Virus record (IMG/VR): IMGVR_UViG_3300012971_000890
Direction: 5' to 3' (one strand)
Source: a virus
Length of the DNA: 64,000 nt
Part shown: positions 54,124 to 62,318 of the stretch, piece after piece
How the letters are laid out: each line of letters starts with the position of its first letter
Numbering within the stretch: the stretch's first letter is position 1
The notes under the pieces: generated by a model
The model's database searches: none
What the model was told of the DNA's origin: nothing
The model's input: the letters and a program-made list of their open reading frames with translations, nothing else
Made by a program: the position numbers and the translations under genes

Positions 54124-54444
54124 CACCCCCTGGTCCTGGGCCTCGTCAATCGCCACTTCGCCAAGGTTGCTGCCCATCAGCGCCCGGCGGGCGATCTCGT
54201 ACTGGCTCATCATGTACTCGGCAATGCACCCTCCCCAATCCTGCCGCCCTGCGCAATCCTCGCAGCGAGTGATGTAGGCCGCACCAACCCGCTCGATGAC
54301 GGCGACCATCAGTTGGTTGTCACGGTGCTTTTGCTTCAAGTCCTCGATGGTGGTGGCCGGAAGCTGGATGACGATGCAGGGCTTGTCCTCCTGACAAAAG
54401 AAGCAGTTCCGCATCTTGGGAACGTTGGGCTGCCAGTTTGGCAT
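54118..54444 (-). CDS. hypothetical Cys-containing protein
   Basis: 108-aa ORF. Confidence 0.4.
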   Translation of the reverse strand: MPNWQPNVPKMRNCFFCQEDKPCIVIQLPATTIEDLKQKHRDNQLMVAVIERVGAAYITRCEDCAGRQDWGGCIAEYMMSQYEIARRALMGSNLGEVAIDEAQDQGVS

Positions 54445-54453
54445 TCGCTCTCC

Positions 54454-55458
54454 TTAGAAACCCGACGCATGGGCGTCGTAATACTCCAACCGAACGGGAA
54501 AGGTTTTTTGCGGGGCCTGGGCGAAGTCGGGGTCCGCCGAGAAGTCCAAATATGCGACCGGGAACTTTTCGTAGGAGCGGTCAGTCCAGTCCGCGATTTG
54601 CCCGTGTGTTTTGAAAAAGGCGTGCCAGCCGTTCCAGTCGTCATACTGGCTCTGCTGGAGGGACAGATAATAGTTGCCCTCGTCGCCGCCAATATTGACG
54701 TAAGGGGGCTTGTAACCGCCGATCAGCAACATCAACTTCTTCGATGCCAGGATGGCGTAATACTGCGCCAGCTTGTTCCGCAGGGCCTTCTGCGCCCGGA
54801 CGAGGTTGTAGGCGTCCGTTTCCTCGGAATATGCAACCAGGAGGGGGAGAAGGTCGTCAATTTGTTGTTTGTAGGAGGGGTCGATGGAGAAAGGTTGTCG
54901 CTCCGGCGGGGCGAGCGGCTGCATCTGGGCGACCCGCACAATGGCGTCCTTCAACGACACCTTGCGACGATCCCAGACTGCGCGGAAGGCAGGCTCGTCA
55001 CACCAATTTCCCAGGACGTTCCACTCGTCATGGAACTCACCCCAGCCCTCCGGCCAGGTTTGATCGGTAGGCAACGACCTCTGCACCGGCGGGTCACACT
55101 CCCGGCAATCGTCGTGGAAGACGAGAAAGATTTCATCATCCGTCGCCGTGAGGAATCGCTCGCGGTCGGCAAGAAGCTGCTTCACCGCCTCAGTCGGCGG
55201 GCCGTACATTTCCTCCAGGTCTTCCTCGTCCTGAGCGTTGCGGAACGCCTCCCGCAGCCCTTCGATTTCCTCGCGGACCTCGGCCTCGGTGGCACCCCGC
55301 CGTACCTGTACGCTCTGAAGCGGGCGCTCGGCCAGGCCGACCTCGCAGGACTCGTTCTCCCGCTCGATGTAGTCGTAGGTGTCGTCCCGGTAGGTGCAGA
55401 AGGCACGCATCTGCTCCTGCTGGATGGGACCGAAAGCAGGTTGGTAATCGTCTTTCAT
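54454..55458 (-). CDS. hypothetical acidic protein
   Basis: 334-aa ORF. Confidence 0.5.
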   Translation of the reverse strand: MKDDYQPAFGPIQQEQMRAFCTYRDDTYDYIERENESCEVGLAERPLQSVQVRRGATEAEVREEIEGLREAFRNAQDEEDLEEMYGPPTEAVKQLLADRERFLTATDDEIFLVFHDDCRECDPPVQRSLPTDQTWPEGWGEFHDEWNVLGNWCDEPAFRAVWDRRKVSLKDAIVRVAQMQPLAPPERQPFSIDPSYKQQIDDLLPLLVAYSEETDAYNLVRAQKALRNKLAQYYAILASKKLMLLIGGYKPPYVNIGGDEGNYYLSLQQSQYDDWNGWHAFFKTHGQIADWTDRSYEKFPVAYLDFSADPDFAQAPQKTFPVRLEYYDAHASGF

Positions 55459-55460
55459 AG

Positions 55461-55532
55461 TAGCCCCGCCAGGAATCGAACCCGGACCTGTTCTTTAGGA
55501 AAGAACCGTGCTTTCCGTTACACCACGGGGCC
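55461..55532 (-). tRNA. tRNA-Arg (anticodon CCU)
   Basis: Acceptor GGCCCCG/CGGGGCT; anticodon loop TTCCTAA; T-arm GGTTCGATTCC. Confidence 0.7.
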
Positions 55533-55541
55533 ATCGCCATT

Positions 55542-55976
55542 CTATCGCTTCTGCATGTGAATCATAGCCCGATTTATGTCCGCGTGGGCACCAGGGTAAT
55601 CCTCCGTGCAGGGAATGTGGAATTCCATCGGGAATCCCTTGTCCCGCAGCCGCAATGCCAAGTGGTGCATCTCCGGGCTGGTAATCGGATACTCGTCGCC
55701 GTCCACCTTGATGGAGTCGTAGCACCAGAAGCCTTTCTCCAGACAGACCTTGTGTTCCATCGGGTACATCAGGCCGATCCAGATGTCGGGCTGCCCGTCC
55801 TCACAGCAGCAGACCATGTGCTGTTCGCCGCACTCGGAACACCGGGCGATGTCGCATCCGCCCAGGTGTTTTTCTCCCACCGCTACATTACAGTCGGGAC
55901 ACTGCGGTTGTAAAGTGTCCTCGAAGTGAGACAGCCAGGGGTGGACCTTCAACACCTGCTCGAAGTGGTCCATTTT
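55542..55976 (-). CDS. cysteine-rich hypothetical protein
   Basis: CPDC..CDIARCSECG..CCC. Confidence 0.45.
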   Translation of the reverse strand, partial: KMDHFEQVLKVHPWLSHFEDTLQPQCPDCNVAVGEKHLGGCDIARCSECGEQHMVCCCEDGQPDIWIGLMYPMEHKVCLEKGFWCYDSIKVDGDEYPITSPEMHHLALRLRDKGFPMEFHIPCTEDYPGAHADINRAMIHMQKR

Positions 55977-56180
55977 ATTTCTCCACCAACATGGGGAGCA
56001 GCAGGAACCGCATCTGGCTGTCAGGGGCGATAACCTCGGCGTCACGCCCTACCTGTGCGATCTTTTCATCAAGAAACTTCACGGCCCGGCAATCCTCGCC
56101 GCCGAACGCCGCGCACAGGTCGCGGTACTCTCCTAACGTGGAGGGACAAGGCTCGCCACTGTCATCGGCGGTACGCATCT
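55975..56180 (-). CDS. small hypothetical protein
   Basis: GAAGG RBS plus ATG (MRTADD). Confidence 0.35.
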
Positions 56181-56248
56181 TTCGACCTTCCAATTCTCGC
56201 CTGCATGTGATAAATACGATGTATGCAGGCATTTCAAAGGAGTTGCAT

Positions 56249-56824
56249 ATGCCTTTCCACGACGACGCTCCCAAGCTCGTGGCCCTGGCCAAATCTTTCG
56301 TCCCCTCTGATAAACAAAAGGACTTTTTCGTTAAATTGGATGAGGACTTAGGCCAGAAGTCTTCAGACGCCAACGTGAAGCAACTGTTCGCTGCCGCCCG
56401 TCTCATCGTTGACCCGCCTTTTGTGCCAGCCCCCTTCGCTTTATGGGTGGCATTTTACGCCCTGGTCGGGGCACATTTAACCCTGGTATTCGCGGTTATC
56501 CTGTCCTTCTTTCTGCTGCCCTTTTACGCCCCCTGGTATATCGCCCTGCCGCTCATGGCTTTCATCTGGTTCTTCTCCACCACCAGCGTCGAATGCAAAC
56601 TCACCCAGCTTGAGAACGTCATCCGCAAGCGGCTGGGCCTGAAACGGATTGGCGGTTTTGTGGGCCATTACCTGATCCGGCCCGCGAGGAGGATGGCCCG
56701 TCGAGCGGCCAACATGCAGATGCCCAAAATGCCAAAGATAAACCTGCGAGTCTGGAAATATTCTAACCGAAAGCGACGGTTAGATACTCCTGTATTTAAT
56801 GAGAAACCGTCAAAAACAGCTTGA
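56249..56824 (+). CDS. membrane protein
   Basis: AAGGAG RBS; three TM helices; basic C-terminus. Confidence 0.5.
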   Translation: MPFHDDAPKLVALAKSFVPSDKQKDFFVKLDEDLGQKSSDANVKQLFAAARLIVDPPFVPAPFALWVAFYALVGAHLTLVFAVILSFFLLPFYAPWYIALPLMAFIWFFSTTSVECKLTQLENVIRKRLGLKRIGGFVGHYLIRPARRMARRAANMQMPKMPKINLRVWKYSNRKRRLDTPVFNEKPSKTA

Positions 56825-57166
56825 GTACCAGAGGGCGTGGTACGCTCGCAATAAGCAGAAACAACTCGCGTGGAACAGGGATCGCAAAGAAAAAATGAAA
56901 CTATGGTGGCAGGAGCTTAAATCCAGTCTCCACTGCGCCCGGTGCCCTGAGAACCACCTGCCGCCCTAGACTTTCACCACCAGAACCAGTCCCAGAAAGA
57001 CCGCGACCTGGGAAACTGCGTCGGACGCGGTTGGTCAAAGGAGAGGATACTGGATGAAGTCGCCAAATGTACCGTCCTTTGCTCCAACTGCCACCGGAAA
57101 CTTCATTGGGAAGAAGATCAAGCACCCCCGCCAGGACTTGCACCCGGAATTTCTGGTTAGAAGCCA
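56789..57166 (+). pseudogene. HNH endonuclease interrupted by a -1 frameshift (or programmed frameshift)
   Basis: Frame 1 MRNRQKQLEYQRAWYARNKQK..LHCARCPENHLP then stop; frame -1 continues ALDFHHQNQ..VAKCTVLCSNCHRKLHW; shift at CCGCCC about 56940. Confidence 0.55.
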
Positions 57167-57227
57167 GACGTGATGTCTCTTTCACCACGGGGGCAGGTAC
57201 TCCTACATAGTAGCAATGGCCTCCAAT

Positions 57228-57557
57228 TTAGTCAACGCCCGCGAACTCCTCCTCTGGATACGCCACTACCGTACACTCGTAATCCCGGTAGCCCGGTCCA
57301 TAGAAGTAGAAGGAGATTCCGTCCTTTCGCTGCTCCCACTGGCCACGCCTCCACACAATCTCCCCCACCGACACGGTGAAGGTCTGGTACGTCCGACCCT
57401 CGTACTCATGGTCCTGGTAGTGCAGGATCGAGGAAATAAACTGCCCCCGGTCGTCCTGCCGGTCAGTGGGGAGCGTCTTGGGGAGCGTCTTGGGGGGCGA
57501 TTCGCTGGCCCTGGGGCCGCTTCTCGCACCAATGCGTTGCCAGATGCGTTTGTCCAT
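57228..57557 (-). CDS. hypothetical protein
   Basis: 109-aa ORF; preferred over the overlapping plus-strand low-complexity ORF. Confidence 0.3.
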   Translation of the reverse strand: MDKRIWQRIGARSGPRASESPPKTLPKTLPTDRQDDRGQFISSILHYQDHEYEGRTYQTFTVSVGEIVWRRGQWEQRKDGISFYFYGPGYRDYECTVVAYPEEEFAGVD

Positions 57558-57869
57558 GCCGCTACTATAGTGCGGCGGGGGGAGCTTGTAAAGAAAGGAT
57601 TGGGCCTGCGGTCGCGCTCACGGCACGGAGGACATAGCCTCGCCAGCCGCTTGCTCCCTTATTTGGTTCGGGAGGAATCCCCGCTCACGTTGCGGCCCGC
57701 AACGGGCACCCCTCCAGCCGGGTAGCCTTAATCGACCCCCACTGCCGGAGGATCGCTGCTGAGCGCTTGGCCATTGCCGGACGCACTGGAGGAGTTTGCC
57801 AGTCAACTTCGATCCAGCGCCCGGCCCGTCCCTTGCGTAAACCACGATTTCCTCCCTCCCCCTGCGCTC

Positions 57870-58028
57870 TCAACCCAGCAACAAACCCAGCAGACAGCCA
57901 AGAAGGGCGGCAAGCGTGCCCATCAGGATGCCCGCCGCAAACCGATCACCCTTCGGAGGGGCCTGGGCAGGGGTCAGGGCCATCCGACTTTTCAAAAGCT
58001 CGAAAGCTTCGCTAGGTTTCGTATCCAT
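57870..58028 (-). CDS. small membrane protein (52 aa, not in the ORF track)
   Basis: MDTKPSEAFELLKSRMALTPAQAPPKGDRFAAGILMGTLAALLGCLLGLLLG; coordinates approximate. Confidence 0.25.
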   Translation of the reverse strand: MDTKPSEAFELLKSRMALTPAQAPPKGDRFAAGILMGTLAALLGCLLGLLLG

Positions 58029-58200
58029 CGTATTTCCCGTAGGTCGCAGGACACTCCGGGCAGCGTTTGGCCTTGTGCCGCTCGAAGCGCACTTTCTGGC
58101 GTTTCAAAAAACGATGGTAACGGCTGCCACTCCAGCCGTCCGCCTGCTCCACCTTGGCGTGGCCACGATGGTCACGGCGGGCCTTGCTCTCCTGTTCCAT
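58012..58200 (-). CDS. small basic protein
   Basis: 62-aa ORF. Confidence 0.3.
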   Translation of the reverse strand: MEQESKARRDHRGHAKVEQADGWSGSRYHRFLKRQKVRFERHKAKRCPECPATYGKYDGYET

Positions 58201-58405
58201 TCACAACCTCCGCGACCGCCTGGTAGCAGGCGTAAGCGATAATAACGTGGTTCCAGTGTTCGTAGTCGTAGCCGCTTATATCCCGCGCCTCCCACAACTG
58301 CTCGATTTTTTCAAAACGAGCGGCGGCGTCGGGGAGCAGCACCAGAGGGTCGGGGAGCCAGTGGTGTTCCTGGCACTTCGGGCAGAAGAAGAAGACTGGC
58401 TTCAT
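58172..58405 (-). CDS. hypothetical protein
   Basis: 77-aa ORF; CPKC. Confidence 0.35.
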   Translation of the reverse strand: MKPVFFFCPKCQEHHWLPDPLVLLPDAAARFEKIEQLWEARDISGYDYEHWNHVIIAYACYQAVAEVVNGTGEQGPP

Positions 58406-58596
58406 GGTCGCCTGTCCGCCGCCTTGTTGGTCTTCTTGAGGCGGGTACGCAACTCGCGGAGTTCCCTGGCCCGTTCCTGGGGGTTCTTAATTCCCAAACC
58501 GTCCACCCACCACTCGGTCCAGCAGAGGAAACACCAGTGGCCAGGGGCGTCATACTCGACGGGGCGCTCGTGGCACTTTTCGCATTTCTCCGTCAT
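58402..58596 (-). CDS. hypothetical Cys/Trp-rich protein
   Basis: 64-aa ORF. Confidence 0.35.
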   Translation of the reverse strand: MTEKCEKCHERPVEYDAPGHWCFLCWTEWWVDGLGIKNPQERARELRELRTRLKKTNKAADRRP

Positions 58597-58597
58597 G

Positions 58598-59071
58598 CTA
58601 CACCGGCTTCGCCACTACGTCAAACCAAAACTCCTGGTCGTCGCCCAGGCCCGCGAACCCCACCCACTGCAAAACGGGCGGCTCGTCCACGCTTTTCTCG
58701 AAGACAAGATCGGTCGGGGTGCGGTCGAACAGGTGGATGATCCCCTGGGCACCCAGCCGCTTCAACATCAGGCGGCAGCACCGCAAGCCCTTGGGCACAT
58801 CGGGGCGGGGGTCATTTTCCCCCGTGGGCTGAAGCCAAAGTTCCAGCAACAGGCGGTCCCCCTCGAATCGCTTGCCCAGGAGTATTCGCGTGCCGAGTTG
58901 GCACATTTTGGATATGCCCGTCCCGACCGGCCTTCCGTCCGGCCAGAAGAAATCGAACCCCGAATATCGAATTCGTTCATGGGAATGGTCGAGGCTACTA
59001 TTCCGGCGAACCTCCACCGTAAGGCAACGTCCATGCTCGAACAACGCTCCTGGCCCTCCGGGCGGACACAA
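58598..59071 (-). CDS. hypothetical protein
   Basis: 157-aa ORF; start uncertain. Confidence 0.35.
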   Translation of the reverse strand: MCPPGGPGALFEHGRCLTVEVRRNSSLDHSHERIRYSGFDFFWPDGRPVGTGISKMCQLGTRILLGKRFEGDRLLLELWLQPTGENDPRPDVPKGLRCCRLMLKRLGAQGIIHLFDRTPTDLVFEKSVDEPPVLQWVGFAGLGDDQEFWFDVVAKPV

Positions 59072-59075
59072 TATA

Positions 59076-59148
59076 TACCCCGTAGGGGAATCGGACCCCT
59101 GTTTTTGCCTTGAGAGGGCAATGTCCTAGACCGCTAGACGAACGGGGC
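59076..59148 (-). tRNA. tRNA-Glu (anticodon CUC)
   Basis: Acceptor GCCCCGT/ACGGGGT (G1:U72); anticodon loop CTCTCAA; T-arm GGTCCGATTCC. Confidence 0.65.
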
Positions 59149-59164
59149 ATAAAACGCCTCCTAG

Positions 59165-59236
59165 TCCTCCCGCCGGGATTCGCACCTGGGTTTCCGCGAT
59201 GTAAGCGCGGCGTCTTAACTACTGGACCACGGGAGG
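59165..59236 (-). tRNA. tRNA-like gene, anticodon loop CTTACAT (UAC, Val-like) with D/T-stem mismatches
   Basis: Acceptor CCTCCCG/CGGGAGG; T-loop TGCGAAT; one T-stem mismatch; possibly degenerate. Confidence 0.4.
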
Positions 59237-59299
59237 AATTGACCGGAGAAAAAATCGCAAAGGGAAACGTTTGGCGCTCTGCCACTGAGCTAAGGGGGA

Positions 59300-59385
59300 G
59301 TCAGTTTTAATTCCCCCTGCCGGGAATCGAACCCAGCGACCTCCCTCTTATGTGGAGAAGTAGCCCTTTACTGCACCGTCCGGTC
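59300..59385 (-). ncRNA. tRNA-like element with irregular arrangement (canonical T-arm and D-arm-like segments)
   Basis: GGTTCGATTCCCGG plus CAGGGGGA 3' end, followed by hairpin AGGGGGA-N12-TCCCCCT and a TAGCTCAGTGGCAGAGCGCC D-arm-like segment; no standard cloverleaf found by eye. Confidence 0.25.
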
Positions 59386-59659
59386 AATGCGCTTTCAATT
59401 CCTTCTCGGCAGCTTTCCAGAACTCGATGTCCCGGCCTTTGGGGCACCCCGCCTGCTGCCATTTTTGTTTTGCAAGTCTTGCAATTTCGTCCTGAGTCGG
59501 CTCGCGGTGATTCCCATTCCCCCAGATCAGCCAGTGGCCGAAGACCAGGAGGTTCACCGCCGCCAGGGCCAGCATGGTAATCGCCATGCCAGGCTCCTGC
59601 CGCCTCCATTCGTACACGGCCAGCACCAACAGCGCCAGCCCGATCCATCCGTAGATCAT
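59384..59659 (-). CDS. membrane protein with C-terminal DUF2934-like motif
   Basis: Two TM helices then DEIARLAKQKWQQAGCPKGRDIEFWKAAEKEL. Confidence 0.5.
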   Translation of the reverse strand: MIYGWIGLALLVLAVYEWRRQEPGMAITMLALAAVNLLVFGHWLIWGNGNHREPTQDEIARLAKQKWQQAGCPKGRDIEFWKAAEKELKAH

Positions 59660-59703
59660 ACAGCCTATTTACCATCGTACCGAGAAAAACGCCGGTTGTA
59701 AAG

Positions 59704-60186
59704 TCAATACGACCGTCTGCGCCCAGCGAAAGTGTCCGTCTGCGAATTGCAAGCCGGGCAGAGGAGCCGCAAATTCTCCCGCCTGTTGTCGTCCCGCACG
59801 CCGTTGATGTGGTCGAGGATCATCACCAGGGGCTTTCCGTTCCAAACCGGGGGCTGACCGCATTCTGAACATTCGTTCTTGAGCAGGCCCTCTCTGATAA
59901 GCCGCTTCTTGAGCCTGCCCCGATCAGTCCTCGAACCCTCAACCAGCAACTCCTCCAACGGTCTGTTCAGCCTACCCCCACGGCGATTGTTTTTGTTACT
60001 TCCCCTGCCCAGGCGAATATGACTGTAATCAATATCCAGGCGATCCAGGTGCTTTTTCAGTGTGTTGCAATTGCCGCCTATATGATTCAGGCCAAAGGCT
60101 TTTAATACTTGAGCAAGGGACGAGGCGGAAGCTACAAGCGTTTTTAACTCCTCCTCGGTGATCCTGCAAATACGGCTTTGTCTCAT
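59704..60186 (-). CDS. HNH homing endonuclease
   Basis: CSECG..LVMILDHINGVRDDNRRENLRLLCPACNS. Confidence 0.7.
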   Translation of the reverse strand: MRQSRICRITEEELKTLVASASSLAQVLKAFGLNHIGGNCNTLKKHLDRLDIDYSHIRLGRGSNKNNRRGGRLNRPLEELLVEGSRTDRGRLKKRLIREGLLKNECSECGQPPVWNGKPLVMILDHINGVRDDNRRENLRLLCPACNSQTDTFAGRRRSY

Positions 60187-60231
60187 ACCATATTATATGG
60201 TAGCACAAACCATATCTGCAAGAAAGTGCAA

Positions 60232-60303
60232 CTGCCCGGCTAGGACTCGAACCTAGACTACCGGCTCCAAAGGCCGGGGTGACTACCATTACACCACCGG
60301 GCA
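60232..60303 (-). tRNA. tRNA-Gln (anticodon UUG)
   Basis: U1:A72, G73; anticodon loop CTTTGGA; T-arm GGTTCGAGTCC. Confidence 0.8.
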
Positions 60304-60305
60304 AA

Positions 60306-60572
60306 TCACCAGACCGGAATGCCCTCCGCGTTCAGTTGCAGAAACTCATGCGGGTCCACAGGCTCGACCCCGCCCAGGAGGCCACCCGAATATAATACCT
60401 CACCCCGTTCCTCGTGGCAACTTTCAAACCACCAGTCGTCGGAGTCCTCGAACACCTTGGTGACCCGGACGACCTTTTTATAACCACGCGGGTGGCAGGC
60501 CCCGACCAGGCGGACATATTCGCCCTCGCGGGGAATATAATCGTTCTGCGGGTTCCAGGTGGTGAAGTGTTT
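60306..60572 (-). CDS. hypothetical protein
   Basis: Internal ATG MKHFTTW chosen to avoid the tRNA. Confidence 0.4.
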   Translation of the reverse strand, partial: KHFTTWNPQNDYIPREGEYVRLVGACHPRGYKKVVRVTKVFEDSDDWWFESCHEERGEVLYSGGLLGGVEPVDPHEFLQLNAEGIPVW

Positions 60573-60578
60573 CATAAG

Positions 60579-60650
60579 CTGCCGGGGGAGGAGTCGAACC
60601 TCCATTTGCTGGTTCAGAGCCAGCCGTCCTACCAGTTAGACGACCCGGCA
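60579..60650 (-). tRNA. tRNA-Gln (anticodon CUG)
   Basis: U1:A72, G73; anticodon loop CTCTGAA; T-arm GGTTCGACTCC. Confidence 0.75.
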
Positions 60651-60664
60651 GAATATATACGATC

Positions 60665-61381
60665 ATGCGCGGCACAGTCAACGGCCTGTGGATTGGCGAT
60701 CAACTCGGTCAGATGGAGAAAATGTCAATCCGCTCCTTTATGCAATATCGCTACGAATACCGCCTCTGGACTTACGCTCCCGTCGAGGGGGTGCCGGAAG
60801 GCGTGGAGATCATGGACGCCAACACCATCATCCCACATGCAGAAGTCTTCCAGTATGACCCAGGAACCTTCGGCGGCAGGCTCATGCAGGGCTTCTCCGA
60901 TCTATTTCGCTACAAACTCCTTCATCAGAACGGCGGCTGGTGGGCCGACCTGGATGTTACCCTATTGCGGCCCCTGCCGGAAGCTGACTATTCTCTAGCC
61001 CGCCACTGCCACACCAACTACGTCGCTAATGTGATGCACATGCCTCAAGGATGCCCCATCATGGGAGACGCCTACCACGTTGTCAAAAAACTCATCGGCC
61101 CCAGGAACAAAAACTGGTTCCTGCCGGTGCAGGTCATGATTAACCTGCTGGAAATCGCGGACGTGCCCGTTGAAGTCACAAACTTCGGTCACGACTTCTG
61201 GCCCAACCTCAACCGCCTTATCATGGAGCCTTGCACCGCACCCGACTGGAACGGGGTCCACTGGTGCGCGTCGAATTGGAGATTCAACGGTTTCGACCCG
61301 GAGGCCCCGCCCCACGGTGGATTGTATAGCAAACTATGCCGGTATTTCAACGGTTCTTCTTGGGCGACGGCAGGGGCTTGA
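60665..61381 (+). CDS. GT32-like glycosyltransferase (DXD sugar-binding region)
   Basis: FSDLFRYKLLHQNGGWWADLDV matches the SDLxRYxLLxxxGGxYxDxD signature. Confidence 0.6.
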   Translation: MRGTVNGLWIGDQLGQMEKMSIRSFMQYRYEYRLWTYAPVEGVPEGVEIMDANTIIPHAEVFQYDPGTFGGRLMQGFSDLFRYKLLHQNGGWWADLDVTLLRPLPEADYSLARHCHTNYVANVMHMPQGCPIMGDAYHVVKKLIGPRNKNWFLPVQVMINLLEIADVPVEVTNFGHDFWPNLNRLIMEPCTAPDWNGVHWCASNWRFNGFDPEAPPHGGLYSKLCRYFNGSSWATAGA

Positions 61382-61889
61382 ACTTGGGGTTGAGCCGGGA
61401 CTTCGGCCCGTAGATGACGTTGGGCAACACGACGTATACCAGACCGTTCCACTCCCGCCAAAACTTCTCTTTGGACCACTTCCTCACCTTGAGGGCGTGC
61501 TGGCCGCTATTGTCAATGACTCGCACGAACTCGGCCTCGTAGTGGACCAGTACCAGGACATGCCCATCAGTGCCAATGGCGCAGCCATAGCCGTTTTTGC
61601 AGGCCCACCGGATCAGGTGCGTTTGGTAGGTTTTCTTGGGCTGGAAATAGAAGGCAATCTTCTTGGTCATCATGGCTTTAACGGCCATGTCGGGGCTGGC
61701 CCCGTACTTGAAGGACGGGTACAGTTTGTACCCGTTGGGCACCCGGTTATGAAGGCAGAGGGTGGTGAGACTGCACCAGACGCAACTGCCGTCCTTGTTC
61801 CGAATCCGGTGTTCCTGCTTGATTATAACCTGGACTTGACGCGGTGGCTCGGCGGCGATCATTGACACCGCCAACAACAACGCCATCAT
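61347..61889 (-). CDS. secreted papain-like (C39/CHAP-like) cysteine peptidase; endolysin candidate
   Basis: Signal/SAR-like MMALLLAVSMIAA; catalytic-Cys context GSCVWCSL; His context GHVLVLVHYE. Confidence 0.45.
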   Translation of the reverse strand: MMALLLAVSMIAAEPPRQVQVIIKQEHRIRNKDGSCVWCSLTTLCLHNRVPNGYKLYPSFKYGASPDMAVKAMMTKKIAFYFQPKKTYQTHLIRWACKNGYGCAIGTDGHVLVLVHYEAEFVRVIDNSGQHALKVRKWSKEKFWREWNGLVYVVLPNVIYGPKSRLNPKFKPLPSPKKNR

Positions 61890-61924
61890 AAAGGGTGGTT
61901 CCTTTCTGGGAATAAAGCCACCCT

Positions 61925-61933
61925 ATTATATCA
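61925..61933 (-). promoter_or_regulatory. extended -10 element TGATATAAT
   Basis: TGnTATAAT on the minus strand about 35 nt upstream of the peptidase ATG, overlapping the upstream stop. Confidence 0.35.
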
Positions 61934-62059
61934 GTCCTTTTGGTTGCTAAAGAAGGTGTCCCATACTAGGAAGACGCCCCAAATAACGACCCAAAGTGCC
62001 ACGGCCAGGACATAAATTACGACATCCTCGACCTTAGTTTGCCAACGGCTCCAATTCAT
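61931..62059 (-). CDS. holin-like single-TM small protein (42 aa, not in the ORF track)
   Basis: MNWSRWQTKVEDVVIYVLAVALWVVIWGVFLVWDTFFSNQKD; directly upstream of the secreted peptidase. Confidence 0.35.
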   Translation of the reverse strand: MNWSRWQTKVEDVVIYVLAVALWVVIWGVFLVWDTFFSNQKD

Positions 62060-62318
62060 TTTCACTTATCATCTGCCAGAACGGGCACTCGCCCCGCATC
62101 TGCCAGAACACGCGATATTGCCAGGTCCAGCCGTTCTCGGCCCACTGCCGCTCCAGTACCGTCATTTCCTTCCGACCCGCCGTGCGCATCGCCCGGTCGC
62201 CAATTTGAAATCGAGGCTGCGGGATTATCCTGATTTTTGTCTCCATTGTTCTTCTGCCCATTCCTTTATGTTGGAGGTCGTGACATAATATCGCTGGCCA
62301 CAACCTAGACACCAACAT
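62034..62318 (-). CDS. hypothetical protein
   Basis: 94-aa ORF; 26-nt overlap with the holin-like ORF. Confidence 0.3.
   Translation of the reverse strand: MLVSRLWPAILCHDLQHKGMGRRTMETKIRIIPQPRFQIGDRAMRTAGRKEMTVLERQWAENGWTWQYRVFWQMRGECPFWQMISENELEPLAN

Noticed and set aside
54313-55560. 415-aa plus-strand ORF
   Set aside because: It is antisense to 54454-55458 and spans a minus-strand tRNA. Its composition is low-complexity and there is no RBS.
57216-57725. 169-aa plus-strand ORF
   Set aside because: Its composition is low-complexity Leu/Arg/Gly-rich. The overlapping minus-strand ORF (57228-57557) is more protein-like. Both are weak.
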